A DNA stretch of 57,038 nucleotides from a virus (lineage: Duplodnaviria; Caudoviricetes), in the IMG/VR virus record IMGVR_UViG_3300021197_000748, positions 1-57,038 of that record; one strand, given 5' to 3'. A model generated the notes under the pieces. That model was not told the DNA's origin, did no database searches, and worked only from the letters and a program-made list of their open reading frames with translations. Shown here piece after piece: positions 20,093 to 28,325 of this stretch (the first letter of the stretch is position 1; each line of letters starts with the position of its first letter). A program made the translations under genes and the position numbers.

Positions 20093-23000
20093 TTAAGATG
20101 ATTTAATAAGACCGAAGGGAATAGCCTCTGTAACACCGTCTGCCGTAAGAAAGCAAGTCAAGGACTTACCCACGTCCTCAGCCTGAACAGTATAGCTAGA
20201 GGCTGTACTTACCACCGTACTTCCAAGCATCCACTTGTAAGATCTCGGGGCAGCATCGTTTTCTAGTAGTTCTCCTTCATACTCAAGAGCAACTACGTCA
20301 GTAGGAACCTTTCGAGTTGCGTTATTTGATGCAGGGGGAATACGAAAGCGATTAAAGGGAAGCAATGTGGTAATGGTTTCATTGCCAGTGCTTCCCGTTT
20401 CAATTGCATCAATAGGATGAGGCAACGAGTTGGCAGTTCGAGGGTTACCCTTAATATCATAAGGAAGAACCGAACCGAGATCCAGAGTAACTGGGTCGCT
20501 TACAAGTGATGTATGCAGCAGTCCTCCGTCTTCGATAGCCCCATACTTAGAAACGCCCCATTCCTTATTACCTGAATTAGAAACGTAGTTAGCCACCATA
20601 GTATTACTAGCGGCGGGGACTACGTTAGGGTTACCGAGCCAGGTCGTACTAAAAGTACCAACTGTACCCAGAGCCGAGTCCTTGAACTGAACGTCAAAAG
20701 CGCCAGGAGGGCTGGAGCTGTTTGAAGTACCATCAGTCTGCGAAATCGAGGAGCCTTCAATATGGAGATGGATATCCTCCGCATCTGCTTCTCGCGTTCC
20801 TGTACTCATGTTCACCCAGTTATCCATGTTTGTTCCCTTGATACCAAGCCGCATAGGAGCTGGCTTCTCAATCTTGAAGAGAGTATCAGCCCTGACATCC
20901 TTAGGATCCAAGAACAAAGCATTAGAGAAGACGCAGTCCGAAACTGCGCCGCTCGCTTGGAACAGGAACTGCTGTTCCATGACTGAAGTGTAGTCGTGAA
21001 ATAGCGTATTGTTCATTGTGGCGGGTGAGTTGGATGTTTGTACCCCATCCTGGTGAGCCCAGAATATTGGGCAGACTCGATCGCCTGCTTGCATATCCAT
21101 GGTAAGGATGTTGTCAATAAACGCTTGAGCGAGAAGACCGTTGGCAGGGGTGTCCGTCACTGGGTTTAAACCACCCGAGCTATAGTACGCCGCGACAGTA
21201 TCTGTGTTAATATCAAGACCTTCGGCGGCAAACAATGGAGCACCGTCTGGGTTGTCATACCGAGCAGGGCTGTACATTCGCATGTATGGTAGGGCCGGAT
21301 CGAGCGGGTCGACGCCTTCTCCAATAGGAAAGGACGGCCTGCTGTTAGACCAAGACATTAGGGCCTTTCCGTTGCCATCAATAACTCGGTTACCAACAGT
21401 AGCGGGGTATGGGTTTCTTCCCCAGTCAGCATCGTCAACATACGTAAGACAGGCCGAAGATGAGACATACGACTTGGCAGCAAACGTCCTGCCAGCTGGG
21501 GTCAGAGGCTGACCGCTCTTCCACACAAAGAAATCAAAGTCGTAAAAGCGAGTACCGGCGGTGCAGTCGCCGTAAGTGCCGTCAATGTCTGAGCTCTGCT
21601 TATATCTAGCAGGCCATGTCGTAGGGGGCGTAACAAGATATGCGCGCCACTCTAGGATGTTCTTACCAGCATTAATTACATCAGTATCAGTAGCGTAAAA
21701 CGTACCGTCCTCAGCTACCCACGTAATCCGACTGATTTCGCAAGTACCGCGCGCGATGCTATCGTTACCAACGGAGTCAGCATAGTCGTAATAGTACTTA
21801 CCATTTACATCAATTCCTCCAGTACTGAGACCAAAGCCGTTCGATACATAGCGTTCGGTATCGAGGTCAGTCCCTGAGGCATTAGGCCCATAGGAGGTAA
21901 TGTGTCGGAAGTTGTTTACGCCAGCCTCAGCTGCGGTCGTTAGGAAGTAAAGCGTATCCCACCAAATAGCACCATCGCAATTAAAGATGGAGCTTGGGCC
22001 GCCGCAGACGATTGTATTGATGAAGGTATTATAGAGTCCTACATTAAGACGAGCGTTAGCATCCGAGCCTCTAAACAACGTCTGCTCGTATGGGTTCTTA
22101 GTGGAGGCTCCTGGGTCATCCGCCTGGTCTGACCTAATAGCCGGGTTCTGGCGTCCAGTAGGCGACTTGCCATAACTCATGCTCGAATCTTTAATAGTAC
22201 ATTCATTAAAGACCAGAGGAATAAAACCCTCAGATCCAAGAGTAAAGGCCAAATTGTTATACATATCAAGCGTGATATTTTCAAACAGAATAGGATCCCC
22301 GTTACGCAGAGAACAAGTAGTCCACGTAGGATCAAAACTGTCTGCATCCTCCTCGGTAGTACCTGGGAAGTCACTCGATAAGATAATAGTCACATCATTC
22401 TTGTCCCCCGTCGACGACCTAATTCTCCGGTAACCCGCAGTAAGAGGATCCGTTGAGTCTAGAGCAGGGAAGGTAGAAACACTTTGAATCGTATATAGCC
22501 CAGGGGTAAGAACAAAATCAATCGCCTTATACTGGGTACTGTTATCTTGGTTGTACCTACAGATGTTCGAGTGAAGGTTAGGTGAGTACAAGGTACCATC
22601 AGGCTCCACATAGTCAATTCTTGTGTTCTTAGTTAGGTCAAGGTCTGCAGCGTTAAGATTAACCGTGTGAATCTTCGTAGCATCTTCCATGACTCGAATC
22701 GTCCGTGAGACAACACGAGCAGGAATAACCGATGGGGATCGTGGGATAGCCTCGGCGTACAGAGTACGATCTTCGTAGTCCGTAGGGGCTGTATTAGAGT
22801 TGTCAATGCGAACCCAGTATCCCTGTACCTTTGTTCCATCGGGCATAATGCGCTGAGTAATCTCAGTGACAGTTTGTGCCGAAGAACCACCGTAGTAGAA
22901 GTTTACCTGTTCAATGCCAGTAGAGTCGTAAGTATCCGCAGAAGCGCAGGCATACAGTGCATCGTCGTCTGCCACGTAGAATGTTTCAGCAAGGAACAGA

Positions 23001-23170
23001 TGTACAATCGTAGCTTGCTCATCTTCAGTAAGCGTAGGGGAAGACTTAGTATAGTTAGCATCCCCATTCCAGACTACAGCGCTTACAGGCGCTGAGACAC
23101 CAATAGTCTCTCCATTGGCACTTACCTGCCAAAACGTATCTGTAATAGTAAATCTATTTTTATTAGCCAT
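20093..23170 (-). CDS. Tailspike/depolymerase-like protein, 1025 aa
   Basis: N-terminus MANKNRFTITD; TGIEQVNFY Ig-like domain; LTPGLY and FENITLD beta-helix start; HQDGVQ; C-terminal Ig module YKW...SYTVQAEDVGKSLTC. Confidence 0.65.
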   Translation of the reverse strand: MANKNRFTITDTFWQVSANGETIGVSAPVSAVVWNGDANYTKSSPTLTEDEQATIVHLFLAETFYVADDDALYACASADTYDSTGIEQVNFYYGGSSAQTVTEITQRIMPDGTKVQGYWVRIDNSNTAPTDYEDRTLYAEAIPRSPSVIPARVVSRTIRVMEDATKIHTVNLNAADLDLTKNTRIDYVEPDGTLYSPNLHSNICRYNQDNSTQYKAIDFVLTPGLYTIQSVSTFPALDSTDPLTAGYRRIRSSTGDKNDVTIILSSDFPGTTEEDADSFDPTWTTCSLRNGDPILFENITLDMYNNLAFTLGSEGFIPLVFNECTIKDSSMSYGKSPTGRQNPAIRSDQADDPGASTKNPYEQTLFRGSDANARLNVGLYNTFINTIVCGGPSSIFNCDGAIWWDTLYFLTTAAEAGVNNFRHITSYGPNASGTDLDTERYVSNGFGLSTGGIDVNGKYYYDYADSVGNDSIARGTCEISRITWVAEDGTFYATDTDVINAGKNILEWRAYLVTPPTTWPARYKQSSDIDGTYGDCTAGTRFYDFDFFVWKSGQPLTPAGRTFAAKSYVSSSACLTYVDDADWGRNPYPATVGNRVIDGNGKALMSWSNSRPSFPIGEGVDPLDPALPYMRMYSPARYDNPDGAPLFAAEGLDINTDTVAAYYSSGGLNPVTDTPANGLLAQAFIDNILTMDMQAGDRVCPIFWAHQDGVQTSNSPATMNNTLFHDYTSVMEQQFLFQASGAVSDCVFSNALFLDPKDVRADTLFKIEKPAPMRLGIKGTNMDNWVNMSTGTREADAEDIHLHIEGSSISQTDGTSNSSSPPGAFDVQFKDSALGTVGTFSTTWLGNPNVVPAASNTMVANYVSNSGNKEWGVSKYGAIEDGGLLHTSLVSDPVTLDLGSVLPYDIKGNPRTANSLPHPIDAIETGSTGNETITTLLPFNRFRIPPASNNATRKVPTDVVALEYEGELLENDAAPRSYKWMLGSTVVSTASSYTVQAEDVGKSLTCFLTADGVTEAIPFGLIKSS

Positions 23171-23227
23171 GTGGCTCTCCTTGTAAAGTTAAGTAAAAGC
23201 TCCGCCTCCCCGGTAGGGGAGACGAAG
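23166..23227 (-). repeat. Intergenic cassette copy 3
   Basis: Minus: CTTCGTCTCCC-CTACCG-GGGAGGCGGAG CTTTTACTTAACTTTACAAGGAGAGCCACATGGC; 33 bp identical to copy 2 (23165-23197 vs 20024-20056). Confidence 0.85.
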
Positions 23228-23239
23228 ATTAGAGGTTAA

Positions 23240-26200
23240 TTACGGGAATAGTACTGTGGGCTCAGTCCATCCATCGGTACCACCGTTGCCGGTAGCTCCG
23301 GTGTAGTCAGACAAATATACAACACCAATACTGTAGACGTCGGAGTTGTTCCAGAGACCGCCGTTAGTTCCGTCAGAGCCGCCCGTAGGCCACGCATGCG
23401 GGACCCAGTTGCTGTGGCCGTTTGCACCAGGATTCTCGTCGACCTTCGGTCCGAAGACGTACCAGCCTGCGTTATCTGCATGTCCAAACGCACCAGCTGC
23501 AGCTTCTTCAGCCGTGATGTAGATGCCCATGTATTCAGGCATCTTGTCTCGGTTAGCTGAGGTCGCGAAATAGCTTCTGGTGTTGTTCGTGTATCCGCTG
23601 AAGGTGTTCAATGCTACTTCGGTGTTTGCATCCAGAGGGAAGTTAGCGTCAAAGGTAGGGTTCAACTGACCGCTGCCATATCCGGGAGCCGTACCAGCAC
23701 CGAGCTGATACGTATCCCAGTCATCAGCCGAAGAAGGAGAAACAAAGTCCTCCCAGACACTAACGTCACCGTCGTACTGCGTAAGAGCAATGACACCCAT
23801 GTCGTTTACTACATAAGAACCTGACGACGGGAAGGAATATCCATCGACAAGTACATAGCGATTGCCAGAGCTGGTTACACCATTCCACTCAAGGATAGAC
23901 CATCCAAGCCCGTCAACCCAAGTTGCAAGGTATGCAGGGTATTGACTTGGATCGTTTGGCGGCCAGTTACCACCGTTGACACGAAGTCTCAAGTTTCCAC
24001 TCGAACTGTCTACCTGAGTAATCTCGAAGTAGGTTGTTGGCGCGGTTGTGGTAACCATAGTCGAAGAAGTGGAAGGCGGAGTACCATAATACTCACCATC
24101 TGCGTAAGTAGTGTAATCTACCGGAGGAACATTACTATATAGCAGGTTATTTAGATTGTACGTATTCCAAGAAGGAATCACCGTAGATACTGCATCAATA
24201 GCAATTGTCTCGTCATCAAACTCCTGACCGTTGGTAACAAGTCCGCTAGAGAACTGGACCGTAGACTGAGCAACACCAGGCTGAATAGCTCCGGTGTCCT
24301 TGTCCATGTCTTCACCAAACCACCAGAACGAATTCTTCCGAGTAAAGCTATAGGTATCGCTATCGTCCTTAGAACTATTCCTTGCAGACGGCGTAGTAAC
24401 GCTATCAATATGAACATTATGCGTCACAAGATCCAAAGCCGCTGGCGTCGAAGGTGGAACATATCCAGGAGCCAAAGCTGCTGGGTCGTTTAGGTCACTC
24501 GACCAAGAGCCTGCGGTAAAGCCGTACTGTCCCAGAATAGTGTTATTAATCACAATATCCTTAAAGACGCAATCAAAGACGCGGCAAGGTCTGTCACCAC
24601 CAGCAACATCAATGACGTTATTATTAGAAATAAACACACCCTGTGATGCGTTCAGGCCCTGATAATCTTCCGTTCCCAGGTATCGGTAGATAACACCGTT
24701 ACCTAGTACCGCTATCTGGATCTGCGTGAAGTCCTTATGGACATCGTGGAGAGGGTCACTCTCCGGGATAGCGCCAAAGTCAAAGTCTGAGGCACTATTA
24801 GAAATATCATTTGCGTTAGGAACACAAACCACTGAGAGATCAACGCCCTGCGGCTTGCCCGTAGAGGCATCTACGGTATATGACGTCTCGGCATAGAACG
24901 AATTCAATACACCATTGTTGTAATCCTGAAGAATTTGCTGATCACTTGCCTTGTTAAAGTAAGCGATGGACCCAATGGGCCACACAAACTCAGCAACATT
25001 CTTAACCGTAGCGTTAACACACAGGCCACGGGCATTCATACAATCACGAGTAAGACCATTCTCAACCGTGCAGTTTACGGACTCGTTAATAGAAAGTCCC
25101 CAGTCGGCCCATTCTGCTGTGCAGTTAAACATACAAAGAGCTGCACCACCGCCCGCAGAGTTATCAGAGGGAACAAACGTACCCAAAGCACTCTGACCAT
25201 TTACAGGCGTCGTGTTAGGGTCCATAAAGTGAGCGGCAGCAGCCGCTGCGTTATCGTCAGTAATATAACCAGTTCGACAATTTTCAATCTGGAAATAGCT
25301 ACTGTAGTTAGGATCCTTCATTTGCCAGAGGTAACTAGGGTCGGTAGTTTCTGTGGTAATCGTAAGATTATCAAAGATCGTACCCGTAATTTTTCCGGTG
25401 GCTCCTGAGGTACCAGTCGATTGGATAGTCTGATCCTGAGTAGTACCAATTAGCTTGCCGGGAAGAATTACATCACTGCCGGAATAACCACGCGGCCATA
25501 CTCCAACTGATCCGTTAGTAGAATCAGCGGGGTACTGAGGAAGACCATCCGGGGCACTACCTCCGAGAAGATACCTAGTACCCGCGAATGAGGTACCCAT
25601 GAGATAAACCTTCATGTTACGGAAGTATAGCTCCCCACTTGCCCCGACGATGCTGAACATCGTCTCCTTAGGTGTAGATGAACTAAGCCCATCATTGGCA
25701 TCACTTCCATTGACCGGATCTAAGTAGTATTGCTTAGTCCAGCGGCACAGGTTCACACCTCGGTTATTGAATTCTTCCGCGTGAGCTACCAATTCTGCGG
25801 TAGTAGGTGTACCCTCTATTCGGCCGTTGTTTGATTCAAACTCTGGCCCTTGAAGAATACGAGTCTTTCCAAGTGTCGGGTAAACAACGGCTCGAACCTC
25901 AAAGCCCCGCGAATCAGTCGTAATATCTGTGGGGTTAAAGGGGCACACGTAGACTTCGTTGCCTTCAGCATCAATAGTAGTTGATGTCACTGAATAGGCG
26001 GGACCATCGTTAATATAGAAATCAACGCGCTCAACGCCATTTCGAGTATACGTGTTGTTTTCGGTGTCAATCGCTGAAACACCACCAGCGTAAGCAAAGA
26101 CGCTTACAGAGCTTTCGTTTTCTACGTCAGTAAACAAAGGACTAATAAAGCGAGCAATCACTCGCTCGTCGTACATACGTTCATTAGGATCGGATCCCTG

Positions 26201-27673
26201 CTGTTCAGTAATAGTACCACCGTCGCCGGTAAAGGCGAGGGGAGTCCAGTCTGCAGGCGCGGTAGATCCCACCTCAGCAAGGATAGTAGGACCAACCCAC
26301 GTAACCGTAGCATCAATCAGTACACCCTTATCAGTATAAGCATAAGCATACAGCTGAGTATTCGCCGGGGGATTATTGGTCACCTCAGTACCTGAAGGAC
26401 CGATGCCCGTAAAGAGCCTAATCTCAGCAACATCTGCGGACGGAGGAGGCTCAACAATAATGACCGGAGGTGCAGCGTCTTGAGTGCTCTGGTAAAGCTG
26501 ACCATTGAACGCCTGAATAGCAGTGACCTCGCAGGTATAAGTACCCGGATCACCGTTGAAGTTATAGAAGGCATCTGCGTTGTTCTGAACCGTAGCATTA
26601 TTCTTCATAAACTCATTTTGATAGATCAAGCTACCGCCCTGACCGGTTCCGGTGGACTGGAAGCTAGCGTCAAACGTAGGAGTAACCTGAATGGTCTGTC
26701 CCACAGTGGATTCAAACAATCCCGGATCGCTAGTCCACGTCCAGATCTGTCCAATAACGCCGGTAGCTTCGGAGCTAGTGATCCCGGTGGAAGTGCTATC
26801 GAGATAGAAGAGCTCGACTTCACAGCGAAGCCGAAGACCTGCGTAGCTTTCGGGAGGGGTATACGAGCTAGAAGAACCAGTCTGCCGCTCAGTCCAGTTA
26901 AGACCGCCATCAGAGCTAGTCGACCACGTATACACCGTATTGACGGGGATACGAGAATCAAGACCATCAACGGTGAAGTCAGCTTCGTACGCAACACCAA
27001 CCAAGGGTGTCTGCTTAGGGAAGCTGAGGTTTTCGTTGGTCAGTGCCGGGATAACCTCGGCGGGCAAGCTGATCGCATTCGGCAAAGGCTTATCAGTACG
27101 AACCTCAAAGCTGTAGCTAGTATCGTACCGCGCCGGGACCACAATGGTCTGCAGCGGATCGGCAAGCAGAAGCTGTTCCGTAACATTCCCAACAACAAGT
27201 AGGTCTTGCTGCATCGAGTTCGTGGTACCAGCCCACAGATCCTTGTTAAAGTTACGAAGTGTACCGATGAACTCACCGTTCTGGATCTTCTGAGACATGA
27301 GGTTATCCCCATCCTCGTCGATCTGCCCGAGGCCATCCTGCACCAGTTCGCTGATCATAAACTCGAGGCCGTCCTGCGTAGCACCCGCGTGGATAAAGCA
27401 TCCAACGAGAGCACCAAGAGCGGTGGCCTGCGAGGGGAAACGACCGACAAGATTATACTGATTGATAATCAAGGTCCAGTCGTCTCCGGCATCGTTCGCG
27501 ATAACAGAGAACGAGTTCACAGCGCGGAGGTCACCTCGATGAGAAGCGATACCCGCAGTGGAAAGCTCCACCGGATATTCCGATGTTGCGTTTACAATAA
27601 GGTTGTCGGTACCGTCAAGAAGGTAGTTACCTGCACCATCCTTGAGGTATTGAAATACTAAGAGTCTGTCCAT
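23240..27673 (-). CDS. Multidomain receptor-binding/depolymerase-like protein, about 1477 aa
   Basis: Likely start MDRLLVFQ after AAGGAG; Ig modules; YDERVIARF...NGVERVDF domain; YYLDPVNGSDANDG beta-helix cap; HKDFTQ; two C-terminal Trp-rich modules. Confidence 0.7.
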   Translation of the reverse strand: MDRLLVFQYLKDGAGNYLLDGTDNLIVNATSEYPVELSTAGIASHRGDLRAVNSFSVIANDAGDDWTLIINQYNLVGRFPSQATALGALVGCFIHAGATQDGLEFMISELVQDGLGQIDEDGDNLMSQKIQNGEFIGTLRNFNKDLWAGTTNSMQQDLLVVGNVTEQLLLADPLQTIVVPARYDTSYSFEVRTDKPLPNAISLPAEVIPALTNENLSFPKQTPLVGVAYEADFTVDGLDSRIPVNTVYTWSTSSDGGLNWTERQTGSSSSYTPPESYAGLRLRCEVELFYLDSTSTGITSSEATGVIGQIWTWTSDPGLFESTVGQTIQVTPTFDASFQSTGTGQGGSLIYQNEFMKNNATVQNNADAFYNFNGDPGTYTCEVTAIQAFNGQLYQSTQDAAPPVIIVEPPPSADVAEIRLFTGIGPSGTEVTNNPPANTQLYAYAYTDKGVLIDATVTWVGPTILAEVGSTAPADWTPLAFTGDGGTITEQQGSDPNERMYDERVIARFISPLFTDVENESSVSVFAYAGGVSAIDTENNTYTRNGVERVDFYINDGPAYSVTSTTIDAEGNEVYVCPFNPTDITTDSRGFEVRAVVYPTLGKTRILQGPEFESNNGRIEGTPTTAELVAHAEEFNNRGVNLCRWTKQYYLDPVNGSDANDGLSSSTPKETMFSIVGASGELYFRNMKVYLMGTSFAGTRYLLGGSAPDGLPQYPADSTNGSVGVWPRGYSGSDVILPGKLIGTTQDQTIQSTGTSGATGKITGTIFDNLTITTETTDPSYLWQMKDPNYSSYFQIENCRTGYITDDNAAAAAAHFMDPNTTPVNGQSALGTFVPSDNSAGGGAALCMFNCTAEWADWGLSINESVNCTVENGLTRDCMNARGLCVNATVKNVAEFVWPIGSIAYFNKASDQQILQDYNNGVLNSFYAETSYTVDASTGKPQGVDLSVVCVPNANDISNSASDFDFGAIPESDPLHDVHKDFTQIQIAVLGNGVIYRYLGTEDYQGLNASQGVFISNNNVIDVAGGDRPCRVFDCVFKDIVINNTILGQYGFTAGSWSSDLNDPAALAPGYVPPSTPAALDLVTHNVHIDSVTTPSARNSSKDDSDTYSFTRKNSFWWFGEDMDKDTGAIQPGVAQSTVQFSSGLVTNGQEFDDETIAIDAVSTVIPSWNTYNLNNLLYSNVPPVDYTTYADGEYYGTPPSTSSTMVTTTAPTTYFEITQVDSSSGNLRLRVNGGNWPPNDPSQYPAYLATWVDGLGWSILEWNGVTSSGNRYVLVDGYSFPSSGSYVVNDMGVIALTQYDGDVSVWEDFVSPSSADDWDTYQLGAGTAPGYGSGQLNPTFDANFPLDANTEVALNTFSGYTNNTRSYFATSANRDKMPEYMGIYITAEEAAAGAFGHADNAGWYVFGPKVDENPGANGHSNWVPHAWPTGGSDGTNGGLWNNSDVYSIGVVYLSDYTGATGNGGTDGWTEPTVLFP

Positions 27674-27697
27674 TATGGATCTCCTTGTAGAATTAAT

Positions 27698-27736
27698 AAA
27701 GTAAAAGACCCTCACCCCATCTCTGGGATGAGGGCC
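27698..27736 (-). terminator. Terminator-like hairpin (diverged cassette copy)
   Basis: Minus GGCCCTCATCCCA-GAGA-TGGGGTGAGGGTC then TTTTACTTT...TACAAGGAG. Confidence 0.75.
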
Positions 27737-27761
27737 GGTCGTCAGCTCGTGCTGAGAAGTG

Positions 27762-28325
27762 TCATCGGGGGAACTTGAGGAGATACTCCTGAAGATCCTG
27801 CGTGATGGTCGCGGTGAACGCCTCGTCCCCAGGAGGGATAGAGCCGGTACCGGCCATGAGCAGTAGAGCTTCGAGGCAACCCTCGACGGACCCTGCAGTA
27901 GCCATGTTGAGCGCGTTACCGTAGGCAACGAGCGAGGCAGCACGACCAGCAGCGTCCTGGTCCTTAGCGTAGAAGTACGAGATCGCACCTCGCCGCACGT
28001 CGGTCAAGATACCCTCGTCACGAAGCATCATAGGCTTCACGATCGAGATAACCTGATCAGGAGTCATAGACGAGTAGTTGTTAAAGAGGTGTGAGAGCAC
28101 CGCGTCAGCTGCTTCGTCGTCCGTGAGGTTAGCAACGACCGCAAGAGGACCGTAGTCCGTAGCATCGTTGCCCGTAAGATTCGGTCGATGATCCTTAACC
28201 ATAGTCCATCGAACGTTACCGTTCATGCTATCGGTCGTGTCATGAATGATATAAAGCGCGGGATCGGTGATACCGGCGTCGAGATTCTGAATCATCTTAT
28301 ATGTATGTTCTTCAAACAATGCCAT
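27762..28325 (-). CDS. Hypothetical tail-region protein, 187 aa (possible adaptor or chaperone)
   Basis: TGATG-coupled to the upstream fibre gene; globular sequence with no recognised motif. Confidence 0.6.
   Translation of the reverse strand: MALFEEHTYKMIQNLDAGITDPALYIIHDTTDSMNGNVRWTMVKDHRPNLTGNDATDYGPLAVVANLTDDEAADAVLSHLFNNYSSMTPDQVISIVKPMMLRDEGILTDVRRGAISYFYAKDQDAAGRAASLVAYGNALNMATAGSVEGCLEALLLMAGTGSIPPGDEAFTATITQDLQEYLLKFPR

Noticed and set aside
27674-27988. N-terminal extension of the 1582-aa ORF
   Set aside because: Overlaps the 187-aa gene and a hairpin; the strong RBS points to ATG 27673.
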